64,000 nucleotides of DNA from contig CM097887.1 of the NCBI GenBank assembly GCA_044892525.1, positions 80,826,397 to 80,890,396 on the forward strand. The letters are read 5' to 3'. Source of the DNA: Schmidtea polychroa (lineage: Eukaryota). Shown here piece after piece: positions 23,547 to 34,378 of this stretch. The notes beneath the pieces were generated by a model, which had not been told where the DNA came from, did not search any database, and saw nothing but the letters and a program-made list of their open reading frames with translations. The translations under genes were made by a program, and so were the position numbers. Positions within the stretch are counted from its first letter, which is position 1. Each line of letters starts with the position of its first letter.

Positions 23547-26500
23547 TTGGAAAAGTTAGATAAAATAGTATGGGATCTAAAAGAAGCTCAACCAACGATC
23601 GAAAGAGGAGAAAAATGGATACGAGAATTGATCAAAGATATGTTAATAATAACAAACCCACAACTTAGACGTTTGTGGCAACGGAAAGTAGCGAGTGTGG
23701 AAGCTAGACAATTATGGCACATCGTATCAAGGATAATCCCAAAGTTAATCAAAGAGAAAACGAAAACCACCAAAACGGATTGGGATGAAACAAAGAGAGT
23801 GATTGAACAGCTCACGACAAATGCAAATGATGACGAACATCATCTAGTGGTAATCACTTATTTGATGTATAATTTGATGGGATTAGCTGCAAGGAAAATA
23901 CCTAATAAACAGTTCGCAAATCACGTAGAAATGACAGTGTCAGTCATAGAAAACACTATTGAACCACATATTATCCGTGCCGGAGGATGGAAAAGACTTA
24001 TACAAGCGCCACGAAAAAACGAACAGGAAAGGTCAATGCAAGTTAGATTGAAGAAGTTGCTGAACGAGCTTGAATGGGAATTACCAATGAAAGATCCAGC
24101 CAGTAGAAAAGCGTCAATAAATTCGTTAATGATGACTATGATGATATGGATGTTGTGCACAAGTGGGGCAACGAGTTTTACCATCTACGATTGTGATAAT
24201 ATGATAATGAGAGATAAATACTCATTGAGAGATATAGAAGAATGCAGACAAGCATCACCCAACAAATTGGACATAGTAAAAACAAAAGTTACCTACCATG
24301 TATATCAAGAATCAGATTTCATCAGAACGCAAGCAAGAGAATGCGTTGTATCAAAAAAGGTACTCGCGTATTATTGCGGGCAATATTCGTATTCAACTCT
24401 CATACTACCCGGTCTAGATAAAGAAATCGTATCAATACAAAGAGAGGACTGTAAAGAGCTATTTAGAACCGGAGCGCTAAAAATGCATAACGGAGTGACG
24501 ATACACGGACAAACCGGAATGATAAAAACCGAAAGTGTTTATGTATCCGGAAAGGTGAAATCATCAGATGGGTCATGTAACGGAGGTACGTATACAATCC
24601 GAGGGGAGGTAATATCGGGAGTAGTAGTGATCGAGTCCTATACGGTTGAATTAAAAGAATACGAAGCGCAATTTGACGCAAATAATTACCAAATGAAAAC
24701 CAACCCGGCATGTAGGGCTACAGAAAACGTATGCAAGACAGGAGTATCAACTATAATCTATGAAGCTAACACGCAAAAATGCCGACTCCAATTGTTAAAA
24801 AGTGCTTTGTTTAATGAAGTAAAAGGGGAAATTTATGAGAACGAAAATGACGAGGATGGAAACGAAAGAGTGAGAATGCGAAATGGAAAACCAATGCCAC
24901 CATCTCCCAGAGAAAAAAGACTCTCAACGCAGAAAACACCAACAACACTAATCACCGACGATCCAGATCTAGGTATGAGATTTATCAAAGAGAAAGAAAC
25001 CACCAAATGCGACAGTATAGTATATAAAACCAATTACGCGGGTATCTATATGTCGAGACAAATAATCGATAGAGCAGTGGGAAAGATAGCAACGGAGGAC
25101 GTAAAACTATACTTATATGCAAATAATAAAATGGACTTTCTGTTTCATCGCGGACAGACGACGTTGCAAAAAGTATATTACGATCTTATACAAAACGATT
25201 GTTCGTTGAATAAAGAAATACTGAAAACAAAGCTGGCTATTGCGATAACGCACCCAGATAACACGATGCCATCACTCCCATTACCTGATGGACATTTTGG
25301 TAGAATGGTGGGAGAAGTGATGTACACATACCAGTGTACCAAGACGTATGCACGAATGCCCGAAAAATCCTCACTACCCGAAAAGAAATGTGCAAACGAA
25401 TTAGAGATTCGTTATAAAGGACAAAATCGATTCGTCCAACCAGTCACCAGAATTACGAACCCAGTAGGCTTCTACCCAAATCTATTTAACTGTTCTAATG
25501 CGTACGGACCATTGTATGAAAGACCCGATGGGAAATGGATAATGTTACCAGTAAAAACCATAACAGAGGAGCCCAAGAAATTTGGATTAATAGAACTCGC
25601 CACGGAACAAGTCTTCAAACCCATTGACGTATCAAACGGGGGTATGTATGCCCCAGAAGATTTAGAAATAGCTCGGCTTAACGTATTATTCCCCGCAAGG
25701 CGAGAATCTATATTGTCAAACATGGTCACAATAACTGGGGGAACGAATTACCAATCAGGCCCAAACTATGAACTACTGCTGTCACCAGACCATTTCCAAC
25801 AAGCAACCTCAAATATGATGAAAGCAATGTGGGGAAGATTCTTAGTTTTTGGACAAATGATGGCCGGAATATTGGGGATCATACTCATAATTCAGATAGT
25901 CAGAGTAATACTAACACAAATGTTAGCTTGTTTTGATATATACAAGAGAGAAAAGAAAGTAAATTGGAAAATGATAGTAGGATTTCTACCATTCCTAGCT
26001 AAAACCATGGTTTTACATGGTCACTCAAAAGACATTCATCGGATTAAGCGATTGATCAAAATACTAACAAAGATTAAAGGAACCGACGAGGAAGTAGGCA
26101 GACGATTCCGGAAAGTAATGTACGATGAAGCAACAAGACGACAACTGAAAAAGAATAAGCCAAAATTTTTGGACCGATTCAGAAGTCAATCATCTAACAG
26201 CGATAGTGACGACGATGATAACGGGAACGATAAATGTCTATATCCAAACAGAAACCCAAACGAAAAACCAATGGAAACAGCACCATATTGGGAAAAGGAA
26301 AAGACAAACACCTGGATCGCCAATGGAAGCTATATACCACCGGATATCGTGGGACCACAAGCAGCTTTGACCATGACACAAAATATGTATCCGCAATTAC
26401 CGAGTCAACCCGGTATGCATTATATGCCAACGCGACGTACCAAAAGCGTAGATCAAGCAGATGACGTACGAACAATAGCAGCAATGAATTCACCTGGAGG

Positions 26501-26993
26501 TCCAGCAGTGACAGTCATGATTCAAATCAATGGTAAAGAAACCAATGCTATGATAGACACAGGAGCTAATGTATCAGCGATAGCGATTAATCAAATTCCC
26601 AGTAAGCACTGGAAAGATATCGAATCAACCACAATCCACATCATAGCATGTAGTAAAGAAACAGTGGACGTGGTCGGAAGATGGTGGACTACATTGAGAT
26701 ACCAGGACAACGAAATTGAAACGTATTTGGCAGTAATACCAAAACTTAGCGTACCATGCATAATCGGAACGGATTTGATCCCAGAATTATTAAAAGAAGT
26801 GGTAATTGACTTAACAACCATGTGCCTAAAAGACAGAACAGGCAGAATATGCAAAATGAATGCCATAATCAGATGTCCAGAGAAAATTGTAGTACCAGCA
26901 AAATCGCAGATGATTTGTCAAATAAAAGTGGATACGGGTATGGAAGGAGAAGTTATCTTTGAGCCAAGCAAATCATTCGAAAAGCGACGATAG
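23547..26993 (+). CDS. env: Polyprotein segment: Bcl-2-like domain, internal signal peptide, chuvirus/gB-type envelope glycoprotein with TM, then aspartic protease
   Basis: BH2-like IEPHIIRAGGWKRL; hydrophobic LMMTMMIWMLCTSGATS; FTIYDC..YSLRDIEEC..C..YYCG Cys pattern; TM FLVFGQMMAGILGIILIIQIV; protease MIDTGANVSAI..CIIGTD. Confidence 0.8.
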   Translation: MEKLDKIVWDLKEAQPTIERGEKWIRELIKDMLIITNPQLRRLWQRKVASVEARQLWHIVSRIIPKLIKEKTKTTKTDWDETKRVIEQLTTNANDDEHHLVVITYLMYNLMGLAARKIPNKQFANHVEMTVSVIENTIEPHIIRAGGWKRLIQAPRKNEQERSMQVRLKKLLNELEWELPMKDPASRKASINSLMMTMMIWMLCTSGATSFTIYDCDNMIMRDKYSLRDIEECRQASPNKLDIVKTKVTYHVYQESDFIRTQARECVVSKKVLAYYCGQYSYSTLILPGLDKEIVSIQREDCKELFRTGALKMHNGVTIHGQTGMIKTESVYVSGKVKSSDGSCNGGTYTIRGEVISGVVVIESYTVELKEYEAQFDANNYQMKTNPACRATENVCKTGVSTIIYEANTQKCRLQLLKSALFNEVKGEIYENENDEDGNERVRMRNGKPMPPSPREKRLSTQKTPTTLITDDPDLGMRFIKEKETTKCDSIVYKTNYAGIYMSRQIIDRAVGKIATEDVKLYLYANNKMDFLFHRGQTTLQKVYYDLIQNDCSLNKEILKTKLAIAITHPDNTMPSLPLPDGHFGRMVGEVMYTYQCTKTYARMPEKSSLPEKKCANELEIRYKGQNRFVQPVTRITNPVGFYPNLFNCSNAYGPLYERPDGKWIMLPVKTITEEPKKFGLIELATEQVFKPIDVSNGGMYAPEDLEIARLNVLFPARRESILSNMVTITGGTNYQSGPNYELLLSPDHFQQATSNMMKAMWGRFLVFGQMMAGILGIILIIQIVRVILTQMLACFDIYKREKKVNWKMIVGFLPFLAKTMVLHGHSKDIHRIKRLIKILTKIKGTDEEVGRRFRKVMYDEATRRQLKKNKPKFLDRFRSQSSNSDSDDDDNGNDKCLYPNRNPNEKPMETAPYWEKEKTNTWIANGSYIPPDIVGPQAALTMTQNMYPQLPSQPGMHYMPTRRTKSVDQADDVRTIAAMNSPGGPAVTVMIQINGKETNAMIDTGANVSAIAINQIPSKHWKDIESTTIHIIACSKETVDVVGRWWTTLRYQDNEIETYLAVIPKLSVPCIIGTDLIPELLKEVVIDLTTMCLKDRTGRICKMNAIIRCPEKIVVPAKSQMICQIKVDTGMEGEVIFEPSKSFEKRR

Positions 26994-29900
26994 TTACCCC
27001 TCGCCAGAGAAATAATAACAATAAACCCAGAAGGAGTGATACCGATCAACATCACAAATTTTGAAGAGGAAGACAAAATCATCTACGAAAATGAAAGATT
27101 GGGAAAATTAACTCCAATGATCAATATCGAATTACCAAAAGTGACCAACGAGATGACCAAAGACGACGAATTATGGACAATCGACAGTACATTGTTAACG
27201 GATGCTGAAAGGAGAAAATTGCACCGATTATTAGTAGAATATAAAGATATATTCGCCATCTCAGATTTAGATTTGGGTACATGCGATCAGTGCTCGAAGT
27301 GGAACAAATTATGTGCCGGGATAGGCATGCTGTGGCACCCGGGATTCCAGGCTTTTATGCAGAAATTTTCAGTTGGGGGTGTTGCAAAACTTTGGGGGGT
27401 GTCCAACAATTTGGGGGGGGGGGTGTCCACTCATTTAATCATAAGTTTCAGGGGGTGTACCTGTTTTAATGTGGGGGGTGTCAAACAATTTTGGGGGGTG
27501 GGTAAATCCCTGCGGGATTCTCATTTTTAACCAAGCAAAATGACAGAGATTTTTTGCATGTGTAAATTTGTCTGATAAATAATCGGGGTCACAGTATAAA
27601 TAACTCAACAAACAACTTGCTGGTTTAACTAAAATAAATAAGAGAATATACCTACCTATCCATTACTGCTGCTTGGGAAATTCTTAATTGAATAGAGAAT
27701 AGAGAATAAAGAATATATATATACATACATATATGGATGTACTATGTGTGACCTTAATTGCAGTATTTGTGTGCCTATAAAATGAAATAAGTACCGGGAA
27801 ATATGAAATGAAGTGCCGGGATGCAATTCCGCCTACATAATCAATGCCGGGATAATATCCCGGCTATCCCGCCTCACTTCGAGCACTGCATGCGATGTTA
27901 CCCTACATGCAATACCACTCATAGACGAAACCCCAATTGCATTGAGACCATACAAGCTAGCAGAAATGCAAAAAGAAATAGCCGAAGCAGAAGTACAAAA
28001 AATGTTAGACGCAAAAGTGATCGAACCAAGTTGCTCACCTTGGCAATTCCCAGTGGTCATGGTGAAAAAGAAAGATGGCACCCAACGATTCTGTATCGAT
28101 TATCGAAAGTTAAACGCAGTAACCAAGAGAGATACCTATCCATTGCCGGACATCAATGAAATGTTACTCATGTTGCAAGGGGCAGCATATTTTACTTCTT
28201 TAGATTTAAAAAGTGGATACTGGCAGATTAAAGTCAAAGATGAGGACAAAGAGAAAACAGCTTTCACGTTGGGACGAGATCTATATCAGTTCAGAAAAAT
28301 GCCATTCGGACTGACCAACGCACCAGCATCATTTCAAAGGTGTATGAACTTTGTCACTCATGGAATCAAACAATGTATGGTATATATTGATGATTTGTTA
28401 ATCTATTCAGCGACATTCGAACAACATCTGGAGGATATCCGAAATGTATTTATTCGATTAAGACAATGGAAACTCAAGCTCAAACCCTCAAAATGCGATT
28501 GGGCAAAGGAAAAAGTCACGTTTTTGGGACACATAGTGTCAGCTAAAGGAAAGGAGCCAGATCCAAGAAACATTGAGAAAATAAAAACATGTCCAGCACC
28601 GAAAACTGTCACCCAAGTTCAGGAATTTCTAGGATTATGCGGATACTATCGCAAATTTATCAAAGATTATGCAGGAATTGCAAAACCAATCCAGGAATTA
28701 GTAAAGAAGGATATTTCGTTCATTTGGGGGAAGGAACAACAAGAGGCGTTTGAAACGCTGAGAGACAAACTAATCGAAGCACCTATCCTCGTACACCCAG
28801 ATTTCAAGAAGCCATTTCTATTGGCAACGGATGCAAGCGGGTACGCGGCAGGCGCGATTCTGGGACAATTAGACGATGAAGGAAAAGAGAGAGTAATCGG
28901 GTATTACAGTCGAACATTCAAAAAGCACGAGAAGAACTATTCGGTAACAGAACGAGAAGCATTGGCTATAATACAAGCTATCAAACACTTCCGATATTTA
29001 CTATGGGGACATGAGATATGTATAACCACAGATCACCAACCATTAATGTGGTTAGGGCAACATAAAGAAGCGTCCAGTAGACTGATGAGATGGGCCATGC
29101 AATTGCAAGAATACTCCCCATTTTTAAAATTCAAAGCGGGAAGAGCAAATGCCAACGCCGATTGTATGTCAAGATTTATTTTTCCAGATTTGGTGGATTC
29201 AGAAATGCAACGCATATGCTTAATAGTAGCGGAAGATTTAGATTTCTGTCAATTGCGAAAGGACCAACAAGAGGACGCAGAATTAAAACAAATTATCGAT
29301 TATGTAAAAACCGGAAAGACGGAGGTATATGCGAAAGATCAAAAATTAAAAGAACATATGGATAAACACCGACACCGATATATTATAGAGAAAGATTGGT
29401 TGCTGATAATGGATGGGGAAAAACGATTAATGTGTATACCGGAAAACCGACGAAAAGAGTTACTAACGCAATATCACGATGGGAGATTGGGAGGACATAT
29501 GTCATCAAAAAAAGACGTTAGCAAGAATGAAACAGAAATATTTTTGGCCAACCCTAACGGAAGACGTAACCGAATGGGTGAAAAACTGCCTAACCTGTGC
29601 AACAAGGAAAAACGCTGGATCGAAATGGAAAGCACCTTTGACGCCAATGCCGGTACCAATAGAGCCGATGACAATGATATCAATGGACATAGTTGGTTAT
29701 TACCGGAATCGGATCGAGGAAACGTTTATATTTTAGTGATTACAGACTTTCTCACGAAATTTCCAGAAGCATTCGCGATGCCAGACCAAAAAGCTAAAAC
29801 AATCGCAAAAATCTTAGTCGAAGAGATATGTTGCCGTTACGGGACACCGAAGCAAATCTTGACTGATCAAGGAACTAATTTCATGAGTGAGATAATGAGC

Positions 29901-30236
29901 GAAGTAACAAACTATTTCAAAATCGCAAAACTAAGAACATCTCCATATCACCCTCAAACCAATGGGATGACGGAAAGATTTAATGGAACACTTATACAAA
30001 TGTTATCAAACTACGTCGATCGTCACCAACGAGATTGGGATGAATACATAAATCTATGTCTTATGGCTTACAGAATGTCAATTCATGCATCAACGAAAAT
30101 GAGCCCATTTAAATTAATGTACGGGAGAGAGTGCAACTTGCCAATGGACCTGGAATACCAACCACCGATATCGCAATACATGGAGATAGATGATTATGTT
30201 TCGAAATTCAAAGAAAGAATGCAGGAGATTTGGTAA
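26994..30236 (+). pseudogene. pol: pol (RT, RNase H, integrase core), in frame with the protease across a TAG; disrupted by a MITE and two compensating frameshifts
   Basis: RFCIDYRKLN, LDLKSGYWQI, MPFGLTNAP, YIDD; TDASG, EREALA, TDHQPL; integrase TDQGTNF, YHPQTNGMTERFN. MITE removal gives DLGTCDVTLHAIPL in frame. The zinc-finger CxxC sits in the alternative frame (29479-29736). Confidence 0.97.
27288..27888. mobile_element. 601-bp hAT-type MITE inserted in pol
   Basis: Perfect 14-bp TIR CAGTGCTCGAAGTG. 8-bp TSD CATGCGAT (27280-27287, 27889-27896). Subterminal GCCGGGAT repeats. Confidence 0.95.
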
Positions 30237-33200
30237 ACTGCGGGATTAAATATCAAGTTCTACCAAGAAAGTTATAAAGATTTACACGATCGAAAGAAAA
30301 ACGTGAAGCAACATACGTTTCAAACAGGCGATTGGGTGATGATCGAGACCCCAGAATTAATTCCCGGAACCACAAGAAAGTTACAACGGAACGGAAAAGG
30401 GCCATATGAGATCGTGTTCGTAGGCGAAACCAATGTAAGAGTGAAATTGGTAAATAATCCATTCACCAGGCCAATATACGTAAACGTGGCACGATGCAAA
30501 TCAATTCCAAAAACAGCCACCAGTCAACCAGAAGGCCGTACATTAACCACACGTTCGCAAACCTACAGAATGAACATGATGCAACAACTCGCAGAACCTA
30601 TCACTGGACGATTGGGCATACAACCATCGGAAGCTGAAAAAATCGTACGAGAGGTAAAGATAAAATTACCCGGATGGGCAAAAGATCGATTAGATTTCGA
30701 AATATTAGGAGGATTATTGACGATGATCGAAAACTATGCAAACAGAGAGAGGACACATCCGTTATTGCGAGTAGTTAAAAGTCAATGGCCAATATTATTT
30801 ACAATAACAGATCATTATGGAGACACACCATTACACAAACTCATGAAAGTAGGTAACAACGAGCAAATACTAGAAACAATAGAAGCATTTCACGACTGCA
30901 AGCGATCAACAGAACAAGAAAACAACCAAGGCTACACACCATTAATGATAGCAGCAAACAGAGGCAAAATAAAAGACATTATAACCGCATTACTTGATAC
31001 TGGATCAAAAATAACTACACAAGATCACGAGCGGAAAAACGCACTACATCATGCTATCGAAGGGAAAAGTACCGAGGCGTTCACGTCGTTGATGGAACTA
31101 CTATCATATGAGGACAATCAAGAAGTCGGAAACATGTATGATGGATTATTAACAGCGATCAAAGAGAAACTGACAACAATTACCGGAGTATTAATCACTT
31201 GGAGAAACCCAATTAAAAATAATTATATGATCAACGTAAACGAAGCATTCACGAGAGGAGAGAACACGCTTATGAGAGAAGCTATGAAAGGACATCATTT
31301 ATTCGAAATCCCGAATCAATTACTAGAACGAGGAATAACATTCACAAATCATAAGGATGAGCAGTTATTAAAAAAGCGAATTGACACATTCGAAAAATCA
31401 ATATTCCAATTCATTACTCAGGTACGAAATAAATATTGGGAAACGGTAAGTGTGTTATACATGATGGACACGATGAACAACATCCGCGAGAATTACCTAG
31501 ATATTATTCAAATACTTACCGCAGAGGAACGAATCAATAATCCAACCGGAAAGAAAATGAAAATAAGGCATGGGAAATCAAGAGAACCAAAGTCGCAAAC
31601 GAACCAAACGATCGCAAATAAAGTCATCGAAACAAATTCAATGAGTGTAGATCAAAGAGCAATAATATGCAAAGCGAAAGAAGTGTTCTTTGAGGAAATG
31701 CTAGAGCTCTCAGATGAAATAATAAAAACCGTGCATACATATGCAAGAGATCAAACAACGAATTTGGACATCGGTAAAATCAAAACCTTCTTGCCCCCAG
31801 CATTTACGATGGTAACGAAGGATTCCAGAACACCACTACAACAGGCAATATTAGCAGCGAAAGAAAATAGAGCAATAACGATCATGAGAATCCTTAGGGA
31901 TATGGGCGAGGAAACCAACACGAAAAATGAACAAGGCGAAACCGCCATGATGTATGCAGCTATAACGAAAATACACCCAAAAACACTCCACATACTACAT
32001 CAATCAGGATCGAGACTAGACGAAAAGTCAAACGAAGGGAACTCCACTATGGACTGGGCAACCATACAGCCTAATTTAGAAATGATCAGATTTATTTGCA
32101 AAAATGCGACAAGAGAAGAAGTTGAAAATATATGCAAAAACACAGCTCAATTTCAATGGAATACGGTACGGAAAAATCTAGAAGCAATGAAATTATTATT
32201 AACATGGAGAGTACCACAAAATAATAAATATGCGATAAATGTAAACGAATTCTACGAAAACGGAGAAAACGCGATGGTAAAGAATACATTAACTAAAGGG
32301 GGGACACCAAAAATTATTTTAATAGTACTAAACAGAGAAGACCTCAAATTCACGCAAAATCAGAACGAGCAACAACGAATTGGGAAACATCGTCGTATTC
32401 AAATGAGAGAATTAGTCAAAGAATGGAATAGAAAGAGACATGCTGCGACGGGTAGAAAAGAGTTTGAATTCGAAGCAAAGTTAGCAAGGAACAGAGTGTT
32501 AACAGCATATCGCAGATTATTGAACGATATAAATGTCGAGGACGACATTTTAAACGACAGCGGGGGAGATAAACACGATGACAATGACGGAAAAGGCCGA
32601 AAAGAGGATAAAGGGAAAAGAGAACCGGAAGAGGATAAACCGGAAAACAAGGATTCGGGTACGAGAAGAGAGGGAAACAGCCCGGGAACCAAGACCAAAG
32701 AGGAGGAAAAACCGAATAATGGAAAACAGAGGGTATGCCTACCTTTCACTAACAAAGAAATAGAAACAAATATGATCTTAATGATAATCATGCTAACCAT
32801 GATAGAGTTAGTAACAGCTCATGGAGGGACGAGAACGATAAAAGAAACCAAAGAAGCGGAGAATCAAGATAGCAAAGAGGAAGAACTAAAACAAGAAAAG
32901 AAAAAGCAAGCACAAGAGCAGCAGTGGGATTTAAAGGAAGAATGGGGCCTAAAGGAAAGGTGCATACTAGGAAGATGTATGTCTAGAGCGTATCAGAGAT
33001 TAGTACTGATAAATGAGGACACAGAACCGATAACAGAAGTAAGAATACAAGAAGCATACCGAAATCGAGACGGCAAGAGAATAACGAACGTTAAAGGAAA
33101 AGAGGTGCACCTAGGAAAAGGAGGTGAAGTAGTAATAACGCAGCTCCAACCAAGAAAAGAACACAAAGTCTGTATTTCAAGATTAGGACCAGGTGAGAGA

Positions 33201-33773
33201 TGCCATCAATATGTTACGCAGCAGCAGCCCCCGAAAGAATACACGGTTTGTATCTGGAGGAACGAATCAAAAAGGGAATGCCGACGATACCCGGGGAAAA
33301 GAGGAAAGAAAAGAAAAAACCACGACGAAAAGGACGAAGGAGGAAAGCACAAGAAAACCGGCGAGGAAGCTCAGGACAACTATGTTTCGGAGGAAGAGAT
33401 GGAAAAAATACAAAAGATGGCAAAGGAGGGTATGAACGAGGAAATAACAAGAATACGAGAGAGGATGAAAGGAAATGGCAAAAGAGGAAACGAGAAAAGT
33501 ACAGAAGCGATATCAACATTAACAAACAAGGAAAAACCAGAGAGTATAAGCGTGAAGCAGATGATGTGGATCAGCGGGATAATAATAACAGGGGCATTCC
33601 TAATCATAACGGGGGGAACAATAAAAATAATTAAATATAAACGACATCGCGGAGAACTAGAGATGACCCGAATCAGAAATTTCCAACATCGAGTGAAACG
33701 ACCAAGTGATATCAAACAAGAACAGTGGGTGGAGGCCTGGAACGCTCAGCGCCCTCCAAACTCACGTATATAG
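30237..33773 (+). CDS. Integrase C-terminus (GPY motif) fused to two ankyrin-repeat blocks and a predicted type I membrane protein
   Basis: In frame with pol across a TAA. GDWV..KGPYEI; ANK motifs GDTPLH, GYTPLMIAA, KNALHHA, GETAMMYAA; hydrophobic MILMIIMLTMIELVTA; TM WISGIIITGAFLIITGG. Confidence 0.85.
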   Translation, partial: TAGLNIKFYQESYKDLHDRKKNVKQHTFQTGDWVMIETPELIPGTTRKLQRNGKGPYEIVFVGETNVRVKLVNNPFTRPIYVNVARCKSIPKTATSQPEGRTLTTRSQTYRMNMMQQLAEPITGRLGIQPSEAEKIVREVKIKLPGWAKDRLDFEILGGLLTMIENYANRERTHPLLRVVKSQWPILFTITDHYGDTPLHKLMKVGNNEQILETIEAFHDCKRSTEQENNQGYTPLMIAANRGKIKDIITALLDTGSKITTQDHERKNALHHAIEGKSTEAFTSLMELLSYEDNQEVGNMYDGLLTAIKEKLTTITGVLITWRNPIKNNYMINVNEAFTRGENTLMREAMKGHHLFEIPNQLLERGITFTNHKDEQLLKKRIDTFEKSIFQFITQVRNKYWETVSVLYMMDTMNNIRENYLDIIQILTAEERINNPTGKKMKIRHGKSREPKSQTNQTIANKVIETNSMSVDQRAIICKAKEVFFEEMLELSDEIIKTVHTYARDQTTNLDIGKIKTFLPPAFTMVTKDSRTPLQQAILAAKENRAITIMRILRDMGEETNTKNEQGETAMMYAAITKIHPKTLHILHQSGSRLDEKSNEGNSTMDWATIQPNLEMIRFICKNATREEVENICKNTAQFQWNTVRKNLEAMKLLLTWRVPQNNKYAINVNEFYENGENAMVKNTLTKGGTPKIILIVLNREDLKFTQNQNEQQRIGKHRRIQMRELVKEWNRKRHAATGRKEFEFEAKLARNRVLTAYRRLLNDINVEDDILNDSGGDKHDDNDGKGRKEDKGKREPEEDKPENKDSGTRREGNSPGTKTKEEEKPNNGKQRVCLPFTNKEIETNMILMIIMLTMIELVTAHGGTRTIKETKEAENQDSKEEELKQEKKKQAQEQQWDLKEEWGLKERCILGRCMSRAYQRLVLINEDTEPITEVRIQEAYRNRDGKRITNVKGKEVHLGKGGEVVITQLQPRKEHKVCISRLGPGERCHQYVTQQQPPKEYTVCIWRNESKRECRRYPGKRGKKRKNHDEKDEGGKHKKTGEEAQDNYVSEEEMEKIQKMAKEGMNEEITRIRERMKGNGKRGNEKSTEAISTLTNKEKPESISVKQMMWISGIIITGAFLIITGGTIKIIKYKRHRGELEMTRIRNFQHRVKRPSDIKQEQWVEAWNAQRPPNSRI

Positions 33774-33933
33774 AAAGGAATATGACTGTATATAATTGTA
33801 AAAAGTAAGTATATCTTATGTATATAACAGTACTATATCTTTATATAAGCGCGGTATCAATATTATACAATAACGGGAATCATAAAATAAAATTAAATTT
33901 AGATAAGAGTTGAAAAGTGTATATAAATTAAGA

Positions 33934-34293
33934 ATGGAGCAAGGAAATAACGAAATGAACCACAACACAGTAACCGAAGAATTATGGAAGCAACAATGTG
34001 CCGTATTAGCACAATTAGTGTCTAATTTGCAAGAACAAGGATTGACGATGCAGAAGAACCTAATCGAGAGTATGAACAGATGATTTAGTTATTTAAAAAT
34101 AATCGAAGACCAGAGGTTAAAAATCGAACAAATGCAAAGAGAAATGGAGAGGATAACCCAATATAGCCGAAGACAGGAAATTGAATTGGACAGAATGATG
34201 GAGGAAGCAGAACAGACAGAAATAGAAGACTGGTCAGAATGGCTAATGAGTAGAGAGGAGGGCGGACACGAAGCCGACTCTTCCAAACCATAA
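33934..34293 (+). pseudogene. Short coiled-coil ORF (119 codons) with an internal TGA
   Basis: ATG at 33934, single TGA at 34081, frame continues in the same E/Q/R-rich helical style. Absent from the supplied ORF track. Confidence 0.55.
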
Positions 34294-34378
34294 ACCAAAC
34301 CTAGCTTAAAATGTAAATAATTGTAAATAAAATATCGAACCTGTATCGATAAGAACTATATGTATATATAATTATAGA

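Noticed and set aside
27281-27530. Gly-rich protein tail (GGVAKLWGV..)
   Set aside because: It is read-through into the non-coding hAT MITE.
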